A DNA stretch of 63,732 nt, the filler included, from Octopus bimaculoides (Eukaryota), in assembly GCF_001194135.2 (NCBI RefSeq). It is 4 parts of 4 records of this genome, joined end to end, with 100 filler letters (N's around TTAATTAATTAA, not from the genome) between each part and the next. Parts side by side here need not be neighbours in the genome. Positions count along the whole stretch, not along the records: positions 1 to 13,554 come from NC_069008.1; positions 13,655 to 32,373 come from NC_068992.1; 2 more parts are not named here. One strand, given 5' to 3'. Shown in pieces: positions 12,844 to 26,007 of the stretch. The notes beneath the pieces were generated by a model that was not told the DNA's origin, did not search any database, and was given only the letters and a program-made list of their open reading frames with translations. Each line of letters starts with the position of its first letter. The first letter of the stretch is position 1. Position numbers and translations under genes: made by a program.

Positions 12844-13554
12844 ATGTATATGTATGTGTGTGTGCATATATATGTGTGTGTGTGTGCGTGTGTATGTATA
12901 TATTTATATGATGTACCTATACACAATATATACATACATACATACAAGAATGTAATACACATGTGTATATACACATGTGTATATACACATACATTACATA
13001 CAAAGCACAATATCGAGAGAAATTTGGTAAATGGTCAGCAGCAACAACAACAACACCGAGAAGAAGAAGAAGAAGAAGAAGAAGAAGAAGAAGGAATAAA
13101 AAATGAGCTCGAAAGAGAAAGAAAGAGAGCGAACAAGAGAGAGAGAGCAAGAGATAAATTGAAGTGCTTTGAGATTGGTGTCTGAAGAAATGCCGGCAAT
13201 GTGTGAGGAAAAAGAAGCAATATGAAGAAATGGAAAAAAATATTAAGAAGAACAAGAACAAGAAGAATAAGAAGAACAAGAAGAGTAAGAAGTAGAAGTG
13301 TAAAATGAGTGCAGTTTGAAATTCAAAAAAAAAAATATATATATATATATTAGAAAATTAATATAAAATAAGGTGTAGAAAATTTGCAAAATTCTCCAAG
13401 TGTATATTGTAAAATTTTCCATGTGTGTGTATATATATATATATATATATAGACACATGTATGTATATATACATATATATACATATACATATATATATAC
13501 ACTTATATGTATATATACATATATATACATATACATATATATATACACTTATAT
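12330..13554. repeat. Compound (TA)n/(TG)n/(CA)n and (GAA)n low-complexity tract; similar tracts throughout segment B and at 6060-6400, 37950-38110 and 41380-41850
   Basis: Seen directly; source of most YIYIY/CVCVC/HTHT ORFs. Confidence 0.95.
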
Positions 13555-13654
13555 NNNNNNNNNNNNNNNNNNNNNNNNNNNNNNNNNNNNNNNNNNNNTT
13601 AATTAATTAANNNNNNNNNNNNNNNNNNNNNNNNNNNNNNNNNNNNNNNNNNNN
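13555..13654. other. Artificial scaffold spacer: 44N-TTAATTAATTAA-44N
   Basis: Exactly 100 nt; the 12-mer has stop codons in all six frames. Confidence 0.95.
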
Positions 13655-13687
<33 letters not shown>

Positions 13688-15931
13688 TGTATATGTATGT
13701 ATGCATGTATGTATATATGTATGTATGCATGTGTGTATGTATGCATGCATGTATGTATGTAGTGGATACTTCAAAAGGAATCCAGGCTTCATTAATCGCC
13801 TGATGATCGGAAACGAATAACTTTGTATACTGGGAAGAGGAACCTTTCGGCTATTATATCCACTGCCTGAATATATTTTGTAATATGAAATCAACGTTTG
13901 AAGAAATCCTTTACTTATGTTTTTTCTTAGTTTTGTTTTAATCCTTTGTGAACTACACCTACAAAAATGATTGTTTCAAGCTCACGCTTTTGATCTGATT
14001 TCTGGTTCTTGTGGTAACGTTGTTATAAAAATCTGAAACTACACTTTTAGAATATCAAAATTATTTTCTTCATAAGTTGACATTACTAATTAACTCAGTT
14101 ATAATTAGATTATTTGCCAATATATTAACTATGGAATACCTATAAACCCAAAACATATTACCAAAGAATAGTATGCCGTATTCATGAAAATTGCATACGG
14201 AATATTAATGATAAAAATGGCATTTCTGAGTTTAATGGAAGCCAATAGTACTCACTACGTAAAAGAAATGTATATGGATTCATAAACAGTCCTTTAAATG
14301 TTGGAAAAGTGTATGGTATTCTCTTTTATATAATATAAACCACGTGATGTCTGCTAGATTCAGGTCTCTAGTTACCTGGCTATAGTAGCATATTTAGTTG
14401 ATTGTTATCAAATAAGATAGTGGTGGCTTTAGCAGAGTGGTGGTAACCTACGAAATCAAGCAGGAAAATAAATCTTGAATCGTCAAAACCTGGTCAGCTG
14501 ACGCTTATACACAATGACCCAAATTGTCTTGATCAGAACAGAAAGCTGTGTTGGTTGTTACCCTTACAAACATCTGCAAAGCCACTCAAACCCTCACTAA
14601 GAACATGAAAGTGATGCTGAGTTACAAATAGCTTCTCCAGTCTGGCCCCGAACCCCGCACGTGGAAGCTCTGGTTATTATCGTTTCCACCGATAAAATAT
14701 GTCATCTACAATTATAAAATATTTCTGATTCTATTTCTTTATTTGGTTTTCCCTGTTAAAGCATCTATCTAAAGTATGGATACGTATCGACTTGGGCTGA
14801 GCAAGTACATACCGTGGGTTACGAACCTAATTCCTGTGCAAATACTATTTTTCAATGCGATAGAGAAATTTCAACGAGTAAACAATGTTTCTGCTCGGAT
14901 ATCAGCATATATCTATTTCTTAGCAATCGAAATCTTTGATGATGGCTTCAACTTTAAGCTAACGCTAAACTTCTAACTTAGCGATGTCCAAATGCTACTT
15001 CTAGAAATTACACTCACTATCACCTAAGATTCGGAACGCTCTTACCCAATGGTATATGACTTTGATCTACAGATAACTTTTAAAATGTAGTTCAGTGATC
15101 CAATGTTTAAGAAAGTAAACCAAAAATACGTGCTAAACTTTATTGGTTAACTAGAATAAAGAATATAGATAATGTCGAAGTGTTCACGCAACTTATATTT
15201 AGTAGAAAGGCGTCTATAATCGGTTCATCCAAAACTATCGTCCGCTTCTGATTTTAAGATGCCATGCGTATTTTCTATGGTGTACACAATATACAACTCC
15301 TCCGACACCACGTCTGAAATCATGAAGTATAAATTGATTCATTTATTATCACGAGAGGAGAATCTTCACATATTGTGTTTCTGAAGAGACAGAAAATACT
15401 GCTGGATTCAACATCATTGAACATTAAGCATATCATGTGATACAGTATCCGTTTCTCTGGTAAATTAAATTATTATTCATGTAAATTTAGGTGTATTGTA
15501 TTACAACAGACTGATATTACGTATTTGGAATTTAGTTTCGACTACATTTACTCACACACATACACGCGCAGACTCCGTGCCTGTACAAGCTAGCGAGTTC
15601 TAACTCCATTCACATGGATACTATAACGAAAATCCGGAGTGGCTTGTTCTGTTGCCTCGTGCCGCATCGGAAATACTGGTAATGTGCATCGCTTGTAATC
15701 AAAACGCGAATAATATATTCATACCTATCTATATATATGTCTAGCTATATATTTATCTATCAGTCTATATGTATAAATATTAAATATATATATAAATATT
15801 GTCTATTTCTTTCAATCATTAGAATCCAGCCATGTTGCAAGGCCAACTTAAAAAATTATAACAAACACATGCCCACGGTGAACCCGGAACAATGTTAGGA
15901 GACAAACTTGTTATCACACAGCCACACACAT

Positions 15932-16024
<93 letters not shown>

Positions 16025-16327
16025 TAGATAGATAGATAGATATGTGTGAGCATATGCATAAATAGACTAAGACAGACACACACTTAAATATTGTTGTGTC
16101 GACACCACCCCAAAGCGAAGAAGTAGGATCGCCCAAGACATATAAATAGAGGTAGTCTAGTCGTGGTTGAGTAGTAGTTGAGTGACGGTTGCGTAGCCGT
16201 CGTGTGGCAGTCGAGTAGATATCATCCGAAGATGCTAGATAGCAGTAGCTTGAGACATAACAAATATGTATATTCGTTCACGCACACATACACACACATA
16301 CAAAAGTATAACACATATATATATATA

Positions 16328-16368
<41 letters not shown>

Positions 16369-16851
16369 GAAGGTGTGTGTATGTGTGTATGCGTGTGAGT
16401 GTGTTTGTGTGCGCGTGTGTTTGTGTGTGTGTGTGTGTACAGTAGCAGTGATAAGAAACGAAAGAAAGAATACTTCCTCAATGCCACTATGAACAGTATT
16501 AATTTCATTTGCTCCACTGCAACTGAAGTCGTTGACTATTTGCAGCTTCTCGATTTGAAAGTCACCGAGACAAGCAACCATTAATTTCACGGGACAAAAT
16601 TAAATGAAATATGTACATATAGACACAGATTGCCACGCACACGCGCACGCGCATACACTACTCTACCACACGCATGCACATACACAGAAAGACGTACAGT
16701 CAAAGATTCATTTATACATATATAATATATACATATATATGGATTTATGTTATATATACATATATGAATATGTATATATATATATATAAATGTATATATA
16801 CATATACTTATATTTACATATATATATAAACATACAAACATGCATACATAC

Positions 16852-16893
<42 letters not shown>

Positions 16894-17496
16894 TACGCAA
16901 CTATTATTACAGAAATTTATTCTTAATGTATATTTATTCGTAATGCGAATCAATTAGGCGATTCCCTTAGCACTGCTTCTGACAGACATTGTAGAGGAAT
17001 AGAAGGAACACTGAAGAAACCTAATAATGAGAAAATATGTCCAGAGTTGTCTCTGCTAATTGCAGGAAGAATTAATATATTTTTGATAATGACTGATGTA
17101 GCCTTTTGCTCAGTGCATATTTACTTCTAAATATTGTATTAACGGTTATAGTATCAAGACGATAATGCTAACAGCAGTATACACACGTATATAGACGGGA
17201 GTGTGTGCGCACACACACTCATACACACACTCATACACACACTCACTCTCACAAATACACGCGCACACACGTAGATATTGAAAAGTTTTGCAAAGCCAAA
17301 ATAATTCATATAGTTATATAAAGAACGAGTTCTTGGCAATTTAAAATATTTATACCTACACGTGTTTGTGTTAAGCATGTATGTATGGACGTACGTGCAT
17401 GTGTGTATGCATAGGAATGCCTACATGTATACACAGACTTAATATCATCTATATTAACTTCTCCACCTTAGCGTACACGCACACTCACACACATAT

Positions 17497-17553
<57 letters not shown>

Positions 17554-17555
<2 letters not shown>

Positions 17556-17985
17556 GAGTGGCTGTGTGGAAGGTAGCTTGCTTACCAAGCACATGGTTCT
17601 GGGTTCTGTCCCACTGGGTGAAACGCTTGGGCAAGTGTCTTCTACTGTAGCCTCGTGCCAACCAAGGCATTGTGAGTGGATTTGGTAGACGGAAACTGAA
17701 ACAAGCTCGTTGTATATGTGTATATATATGTATGCATGTGCATGTATGTGTATGTGTACGTATGTGTGTGTATATGTTTGTGTGTCTGTGTTTGTCCTGC
17801 CAGCATCACTTGATAAACGATGGTAGTGTGTTTACGTCCCCGTAACTTAGCGGTTCGGCAAAAGATACCGATAGAATAAGTACTAGGCTTACAAAGAATA
17901 AGTCCTCGGGTCGATTTGCTCGACTAAACGCGGTGCTCCGGCATAGCAGCAGTCAAATGACTGAAACAAGTAAAAGAGTAAAAAA
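17554..17985 (+). mobile_element. tRNA-derived SINE, family A
   Basis: tRNA-like head GGAGTGGCTGTGTGG...GGGTTCTGTCCC, internal (TG/TA)n, AGTACT...GGGTCGATT core, tail GACTGAAACAAGTAAAAGAG. Many copies in this window. Confidence 0.85.
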
Positions 17986-17999
17986 GTATATATGTATGA

Positions 18000-18033
<34 letters not shown>

Positions 18034-18063
18034 GTATATGTATACACANNNNNNNNNNTATGA

Positions 18064-18097
<34 letters not shown>

Positions 18098-18275
18098 GTA
18101 TATGTATACACAGAGAGAGTGTCCACAAGATCTAGATACATGGAGTAAATAAAATCATAACATAAACAATTAAATATAAGATATGATAATTTCTTAAAGT
18201 ATTTGTTAATCCACATGTACCCAGATTTNNNNNNNNNNNNNNNNNNNNNNNNNNNNNNNNNNNNNNNNNNNNNNN

Positions 18276-18312
<37 letters not shown>

Positions 18313-19410
18313 AATAATTTTATTTTGACGTGTCTTTGTACACATACATATATATATTTATGTATTTTACCGCTGCGATCCTCCGCTGTATACGTTGCCT
18401 CCCCGCTGTCAGGGGTTATCGACCCTATTCATAGTATGCTGATGAAATATTGTACAATATTAATTTGCTCAAACTATATAATATCCTATGTTTGTAGCTC
18501 ATCGTCCTATGAGGAGTTAGAGTTCCTTACGTTATATTCAAACCCTTTGTATCTCTGTTTACTCTTCTGTCAATATTGTCTTTGCTACACATATCTTCTT
18601 TTGCTGGAGACTGACAGAAAGAAACACATTAACTTTTGCCTGGGCGTTTGGGGCCCCATTTATCTCGGTCAGGTTTTCTCTTATTATCGGTTGAATTAGA
18701 TAGTGAAATATACCAGATCAATAATGTGTTATTTTAAAAGGAATATTTTATCTGTTTCGCTATGATAAATTGGTAATTACTTGTTCACGTTAGCAATATG
18801 TATTGCCAGAAAGTTATTGTGTGATATAAAGATACATATTAATGAAGAGTTGACTTTTTTTTTTCTCATTTGAATATTACCTATCGGATATTCTTCTGTC
18901 TCCATTCACTGTCTGATGTATATTGCCCTGCAAGAGCATGATTTATTGATATGTGTTCGGCGTTTCGACTAATAATATTTGCAAACAATCTTCCCTTTAA
19001 TTATGACACAACCCTGGAAATTACTGTTAATCTTTTTCTCATATGGATTCGCAGTATTTGTCAGTCATTCGTTGCATAGGAATATATTAATAATGTGTAA
19101 CAAAATCATGTGTAGGCTGATGCCGCCTAATGGGTTTCACGTTTTATCATGATTTTGTATTTGCTTTAACAAAATATTTCGGTTATATGCTTTCATAGAT
19201 TTCAGGTGTGTGCTTTCTTCACAATACATGATATTACCGGTTGATTTTTCAGCAGCTAGTCTGTCATTATTTCATAACAGAGAACGTGTGGATTTTTAAA
19301 CATGACATATAAGATATATTATACCTTGTTGCAGTTGACTCACTATAGGAATTAAAAGTTCAGCACATCGAACATATGCATACACACACACACACACTCA
19401 CACACACACG

Positions 19411-19442
<32 letters not shown>

Positions 19443-20251
19443 TACTCACAATCACACATGGACACAGTACACACACACGTCAGACATAAATATCAAATGA
19501 CGGAAATACAAACGTACTAATAAACAAAACATGCGTGTGTAGGTATGCCTTTATGTTAGTATGCGCGAGTGTGCGTGCATGTGTGTGTGTGCGTTTGTGT
19601 GTGTATGTGTGATTGTGTGTGCGTGCGTGTGTGCGTGCGTGTGTGCGTGCGTGCAAGTGTCTGTGTGTTTGTGTGTGTGTGTAAATCGAGTTCAGGAACA
19701 CTTCAATTATGCAAATTGTATATATTCGCAATCATATTCATAATTTTAATAAACATACGCTTAAACGACTTGAGATTAAAAACAGTGGTTAAACTCTTTG
19801 GCTTTCAATAGCTTGAATGGTGACCGAAACGAATAGTTTCGTTTTTGATATACATTCTTGATGTGATCTAACGGAAGACGTAATTAATTAATTTGGTTAT
19901 TATTAAGAATTAGAGAAAGCCACCTAGTTTAACCTTGGGACCGGATTTCCCATCAATGCCAAATGTACGCTTCTTAAACATTTTTGTGCAATTATGCATA
20001 TATATATATATATATATATGTGTTGATGTTTCGATAAATGTGGATGTAAAAATGATAAAGAACTGCACTAGTGAAACAAGCTATATTCAGGAGCTGCAAA
20101 TAAAGAGGTAGTCCATTCTAAATATAATTTTTGGCAGCTGAATCTTGACCTAAAACGAGTATATATTTTGGAGTTACAAACTATTAAGCTACTGAAGTAA
20201 TTGTATGCTATCAACTTAATTTGGTAGTCCCTGAAGGGAATAATACTACTG

Positions 20252-20471
20252 TTGGTTAGACCTAGGAAGCTGCACTGCTTCCTGTCAGGCTTGACACAAT
20301 TCCTGTGTCCTTATGTTTACAAGGGGGAGACAATCACCTCCATCCAGCTAAGCCTGCATCCAGACACAGGCTTAGCTGGTTGGAGATGATTGTCTTCCCC
20401 TTCTAAACATAAGGCCACAGGAAATGTGTCAAGGTCGACAGGAAGCAATGCAGCTTCCTAGGTCTAACCAA
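20252..20471. repeat. Foldback palindrome (105-bp arms, 10-nt loop), MITE-like
   Basis: Arms align without gaps with 10 mismatches (counted by hand). Confidence 0.9.
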
Positions 20472-21262
20472 GAGACTTGTATCATTTCTAAAATATTGAC
20501 CTACTATCTAGCCATAATATGAAGTGTAGCAAGAAGATATTGATGAGAAAGTATTTGTCTTATACTAATACTTTCTATGAGTCATATCTATTTCACACAA
20601 ATAAGCAGAGTTTCTCTGATTAGTTCTCTGTTGATTGAGTCTTCCGTCTTCTCCCTATGCCCCATGCTTTTTGCCGTAGAGTAAGCTTCAATCTGAAGAA
20701 AGCGTTAGACGCAATAACTTACATTGATACACGATATATTTTAGTTGTTGAACTATAATGTTTGAGTAAGAATGAGCAAAGTAAACTAAACAGATATTGT
20801 AATAACCACGAACATATTGTTTCTAGTAAAATCAGTATCTCTTAGTACTACATAGTATCTAAAACATTAATATCTAAACTTTCATTTGCAAATCCTAAGT
20901 ATACAAGCACAATTTTCATGAGCAGTGAAACACACATACAGATATATATCTACGTACATATATATATATATATATATGTATGTATGTGTGTGTACGTAGT
21001 ACGTATATATGGGCATGAGAGACAGATAGTATGCAGAGTGTACATAAAATAACTGTACAATTTCCATACGTTATTGTATCTATTACCGTTGAGATCCATC
21101 AATGAACTTATTTGCAGCCAATCCAGCTCATCATACGGAACTGTACTGATGTTTATCATAAAAGTATATTGGCTTGCGTATATTTTCCAATAAACCCTGT
21201 TGTGCTATTCGGATTTTTCAATATGTCCTCAATTTTTCAAATAGTAAAGAAAATTTATGAAC

Positions 21263-21296
<34 letters not shown>

Positions 21297-22236
21297 NNNN
21301 NNNNNNNNNNNNNNNNNNNNNNNNNNNNNNNNNNNNNNNNNNNNNNNNNNNNNNNNNNNNNNNNNNNNNNNNNNNNNNNNNNNNNNNNNNNNNNNNNNNN
21401 NNNNNNNNNNNNNNNNNNNNNNNNNNNNNNNNNNNNNNNNNNNNNNNNNNNNNNNNNNNNNNNNNNNNNNNNNNNNNNNNNNNNNNNNNNNNNNNNNNNN
21501 NNNNNNNNNNNNNNNNNNNNNNNNNNNNNNNNNNNNNNNNNNNNNNNNNNNNNNNNNNNNNNNNNNNNNNNNNNNNNNNNNNNNNNNNNNNNNNNNNNNN
21601 NNNNNNNNNNNNNNNNNNNNNNNNNNNNNNNNNNNNNNNNNNNNNNNNNNNNNNNNNNNNNNNNNNNNNNNNNNNNNNNNNNNNNNNNNNNNNNNNNNNN
21701 NNNNNNNNNNNNNNNNNNNNNNNNNNNNNNNNNNNNNNNNNNNNNNNNNNNNNNNNNNNNNNNNNNNNNNNNNNNNNNNNNNNNNNNNNNNNNNNNNNNN
21801 NNNNNNNNNNNNNNNNNNNNNNNNNNNNNNNNNNNNNNNNNNNNNNNNNNNNNNNNNNNNNNNNNNNNNNNNNNNNNNNNNNNNNNNNNNNNNNNNNNNN
21901 NNNNNNNNNNNNNNNNNNNNNNNNNNNNNNNNNNNNNNNNNNNNNNNNNNNNNNNNNNNNNNNNNNNNNNNNNNNNNNNNNNNNNNNNNNNNNNNNNNNN
22001 NNNNNNNNNNNNNNNNNNNNNNNNNNNNNNNNNNNNNNNNNNNNNNNNNNNNNNNNNNNNNNNNNNNNNNNNNNNNNNNNNNNNNNNNNNNNNNNNNNNN
22101 NNNNNNNNNNNNNNNNNNNNNNNNNNNNNNNNNNNNNNNNNNNNNNNNNNNNNNNNNNNNNNNNNNNNNNNNNNNNNNNNNNNNNNNNNNNNNNNNNNNN
22201 NNNNNNNNNNNNNNNNNNNNNATATATATATGTATG

Positions 22237-22270
<34 letters not shown>

Positions 22271-22836
22271 TATACATAGCCGGTTAAGCTATATTTATGT
22301 CTTACTAATACACTTTTATCGATGATGGATAGCCAGGTAGTAGGAAAACGATATCAGTGATAATAGAATTTTAATCTAGTATCTTACGTGAATTAAAGAG
22401 ATGTATTTAAATACAGTATGACATTTATTTTAGTTCTGAACCATTTTTAGTTTGTAACCGTATAATGTAGACACTTATATTGCTGTTCCACCGCAGTTAT
22501 AGACACAAGCGTTATCACACCCTATAGCGCAGCCAATTTTTATTATTGTCACACCTAAAAATTTGTCTCTCCTTAATTTGTAATATCGATTTTAGCCGCA
22601 GCACAGTCAGTTGTTAATTCCATCTATACTTAACGTATAAGTGAGAAACAGTTTTTTCCCGTCGACATAAGTGATTTTAAATATATTCATGCCACGATAC
22701 TTATCTCGTAAGCAGTAATTGAATACCAAAAATAGTGACGATTAAGTAACCTAGCTACCATAAGAGCAAGAAAATTAATGAAATTAATAAACTGCATATA
22801 ATAATGAGTCCATCCTAAAATATAGGACAGGAAGTG

Positions 22837-22907
<71 letters not shown>

Positions 22908-22975
22908 NNNNNNNNNNTAGTAGTAGTAGTAGTAGTAGTAGTTGTAGTAGTAGTTGTAGTAGTAGTAGTAGTGGT
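22837..22975. repeat. (GTA)n trinucleotide microsatellite
   Basis: Seen directly. Confidence 0.95.
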
Positions 22976-24622
22976 TGAAGGAAGCTGAGGAAGCGGATGA
23001 AGAAAACTGCTGGTTACATTTAGGCAACACAGTCTATTGCACATTTATTTGGGTTACATACATATATACAAGATGACAGCACTTAGCAGTGATGCAGAAA
23101 AACGCAAACATGTTACCGTTTCAAATATGTTTCAGACATATTCCCCAACCCATTCGTTCATTGTATATTGTCATGGAGAAAATTTCTCGCTGTAGACAAT
23201 TACACTGAATCAGTTCACAGTTCTCCGTAACCAAACAGTTCGGCGCATGCATTTCGTTGTGGTTATCTCCTCTCCAGCAGCAGACACCAGAAAACCTTAC
23301 GTAGCAAACTGACACGAGAGACGGGTTTGTATTATGATACTTCTGGCATTGTTCGATGACAGCGCTAAGCGGTGATGTGTATATATGCAAACTTGTTACT
23401 TGTTCAAATATGCTTGAGGTATATTCGAACAGGCAAGAAATCCATTCACCATATTTTGTCAATGATGAAATTTTTCGCTGTAAAGAAATAGGTGTAAATA
23501 TACTGTGTATAGTGTCGGCGCTATTTATATACCCCACCCACCATACAAACATATATATAGGTGAAAATATAAACATATTTACATCTACTTGTAGATATAT
23601 GACGGGTATACGTGTGTATAAGTGCATGTTGCTTACGTGTTGATGTGTGTATTTTTGTGAGTGTGTATTTGTGTGGGTTTTTACTATGAAAGCCGTACAT
23701 ATACAACTGCAAACCCCTGGGGTTAAAAATGGTAGTAACGTCAGTTCCTACGAAACAGCCATGATAAAGTGGTGAGAAACATTACTTATTATTATCTTTA
23801 CTATTTTCATCTCTTATAGAGATTTTCTAATTAGCATATATATTCCACTCAAACAATCATCAAAATTCTCCATTCAGTCTTTGGATACAATCACGACTTT
23901 TTCCCCGCATAACAACAATGCATGAATTTAGTGGGGAACAAAATTTTATGCCTTACGTACATACAAACGATAGCCATCCACCTACTGGACTACGTTTAAA
24001 CATTTTCTGTCTCTTGGCATATGCCATTTAGAGAGCATTGACTGTTTGGAACTGTCACTAGAAACGTTCACTCCACAATGTCAGCTTTAATTTAACGTTG
24101 TCACATGATATTAACACACGGACGTAGCGGGTAACTTACAAAAATTTCTGAGCCTAATCACGTGATCAGCCTCATCCACGCTTAACACATTAAATTCATA
24201 CAGCTACGATTTGTTCGGACTGCCACGTGTCACGTTCGTTCAAATGTATCAGTCTTACCTTACGGTTCCAAACATATTGTAAAATGATATTAACAAACTG
24301 ACGTAGCGCGGAACTTATTAAAATTTCTATGCTTAGTTACATGATCATCCACTGCCAATCAAATCGTATCCAAAACATACACTAATTTGAGACATGTTCT
24401 CTCTATAACAACAAAAGAAGTCTGGAACTCCACTAGAAGCAAGACAGTTACGACATGTCGTATGACTTTCTATCTCAAGTTTTGCAAATCAAATAAATCT
24501 TTGAAATCAGTTTAGTATTTAAAAATGAAATATCTCAACGAATCCAAGTTCATATTCAATTTCTCTCTCTATTTCTTTATTTCTTTCTCTCTGACTCTCT
24601 CTTTCTCTTTATGTATACATAC

Positions 24623-24659
<37 letters not shown>

Positions 24660-24950
24660 NNNNNNNNNNNNNNNNNNNNNNNNNNNNNNNNNNNNNNNNN
24701 NNNNNNNNNNNNNNNNNNNNNNNNNNNNNNNNNNNNNNNNNNNNNNNNNNNNNNNNNNNNNNNNNNNNNNNNNNNNNNNNNNNNNNNNNNNNNNNNNNNN
24801 NNNNNNNNNNNNNNNNNNNNNNNNNNNNNNNNNNNNNNNNNNNNNNNNNNNNNNNNNNNNNNNNNNNNNNNNNNNNNNNNNNNNNNNNNNNNNNNNNNNN
24901 NNNNNNNNNNNNNNNNNNNNNNNNNNNNNNNNNNNNNNNNNNNNNNNNNN

Positions 24951-25669
24951 AAATTTACCCCACCCTCGCCGCATCATGCTGGTTCCGTACCTCTTTGAGT
25001 AACATCAAATTCACTCATTCCTCCACAAACACTCTTCAAGCTTTCCTATCATTTATAAACTCTCTTTCCTCACTCCTTCCACGCAACAAACCGAGGTCTA
25101 CCTCTGCTTCTGCTGCCTACTACCTCTGCCTTCATCACCCTCTTTACCCTCCGCTCCTCATCTATCCTCTCCATGTAACCAAATCACCTCCACATCCATC
25201 TATCTATTTTGGTTGTTAGTTTTTCTGTCATTCCTGCTCGCCTTTGCGCCTCCTCATTCCTGATGCTGTCCATCTGTGTCACACCATAGCCTTCAAACAT
25301 ATCTCAAACACATCTAGTCGCCTCATTTCCGCCTCTCTCAGCCCCCACGTCTCTGCACTATATAACATGGTCGGCACAATCACGCCCTCATACACACCTC
25401 GTTTCACTTTCATACTCAACATTTTATCTCTCAGCATACCTTTCACAACTCCAGGTGTCTTACTCCCCTCCGTCACTGTATATCCAACTTCTTCATCCAG
25501 CACCCCCATCCGCCGCCACATGTAATACCAGATACTAAAAAACACTCACCTCCTCTAACACTTCACCATTTATATTCGCATCCATCCTACCAGCCATTTC
25601 ATCTCTCAAACATCTCATCATGTTACTCTTAGGAGACTGGTGGTAGAGTTTGAAAGAGTGTGTGAGAGG
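24951..25669 (-). mobile_element. RTE-clade LINE reverse-transcriptase C-terminal fragment with an inverted 5' piece
   Basis: Minus-strand translation KRGVYEGVIVPTMLYSAETWGLREAEMRRLDVFEICL and GEVLEEVSVF*YL. Positions 25628-25669 read LRRLVVEFERVCER on +. Confidence 0.85.
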
Positions 25670-25777
25670 TACCACTTTTCTTTATTAATTAATTAAATGA
25701 ATGGCTTACTAGCGCAAACGACCAACTTCTTCCTGTTATTTTTAATCTATTTTCTTTTTGAATATATAGGTATATAT

Positions 25778-25829
<52 letters not shown>

Positions 25830-25941
25830 NNNNNNNNNNNNNNNNNNNNNNNNNNNNNNNNNNNNNNNNNNNNNNNNNNNNNNNNNNNNNNNNNNNNNNN
25901 NNNNNNNNNNNNNNNNNNNNNNNNNNNNNNNNNNNNNNNNN

Positions 25942-26007
<66 letters not shown>

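Noticed and set aside
12238-13010. [12 protein letters not shown]-rich ORFs here and throughout
   Set aside because: Dinucleotide microsatellite translations.
13010-13185. QQQQ/EEEE/ERERKR stretch resembling a basic or acidic domain
   Set aside because: Built from (CAA)n, (GAA)n and (GA)n; no splice support or recognisable domain.
18001-18105. Tandem duplication around a 10-N gap
   Set aside because: Typical contig-overlap artefact in a microsatellite.
23121-23627. 168-aa minus-strand ORF
   Set aside because: No recognisable motif; partly simple repeat; no splice structure.
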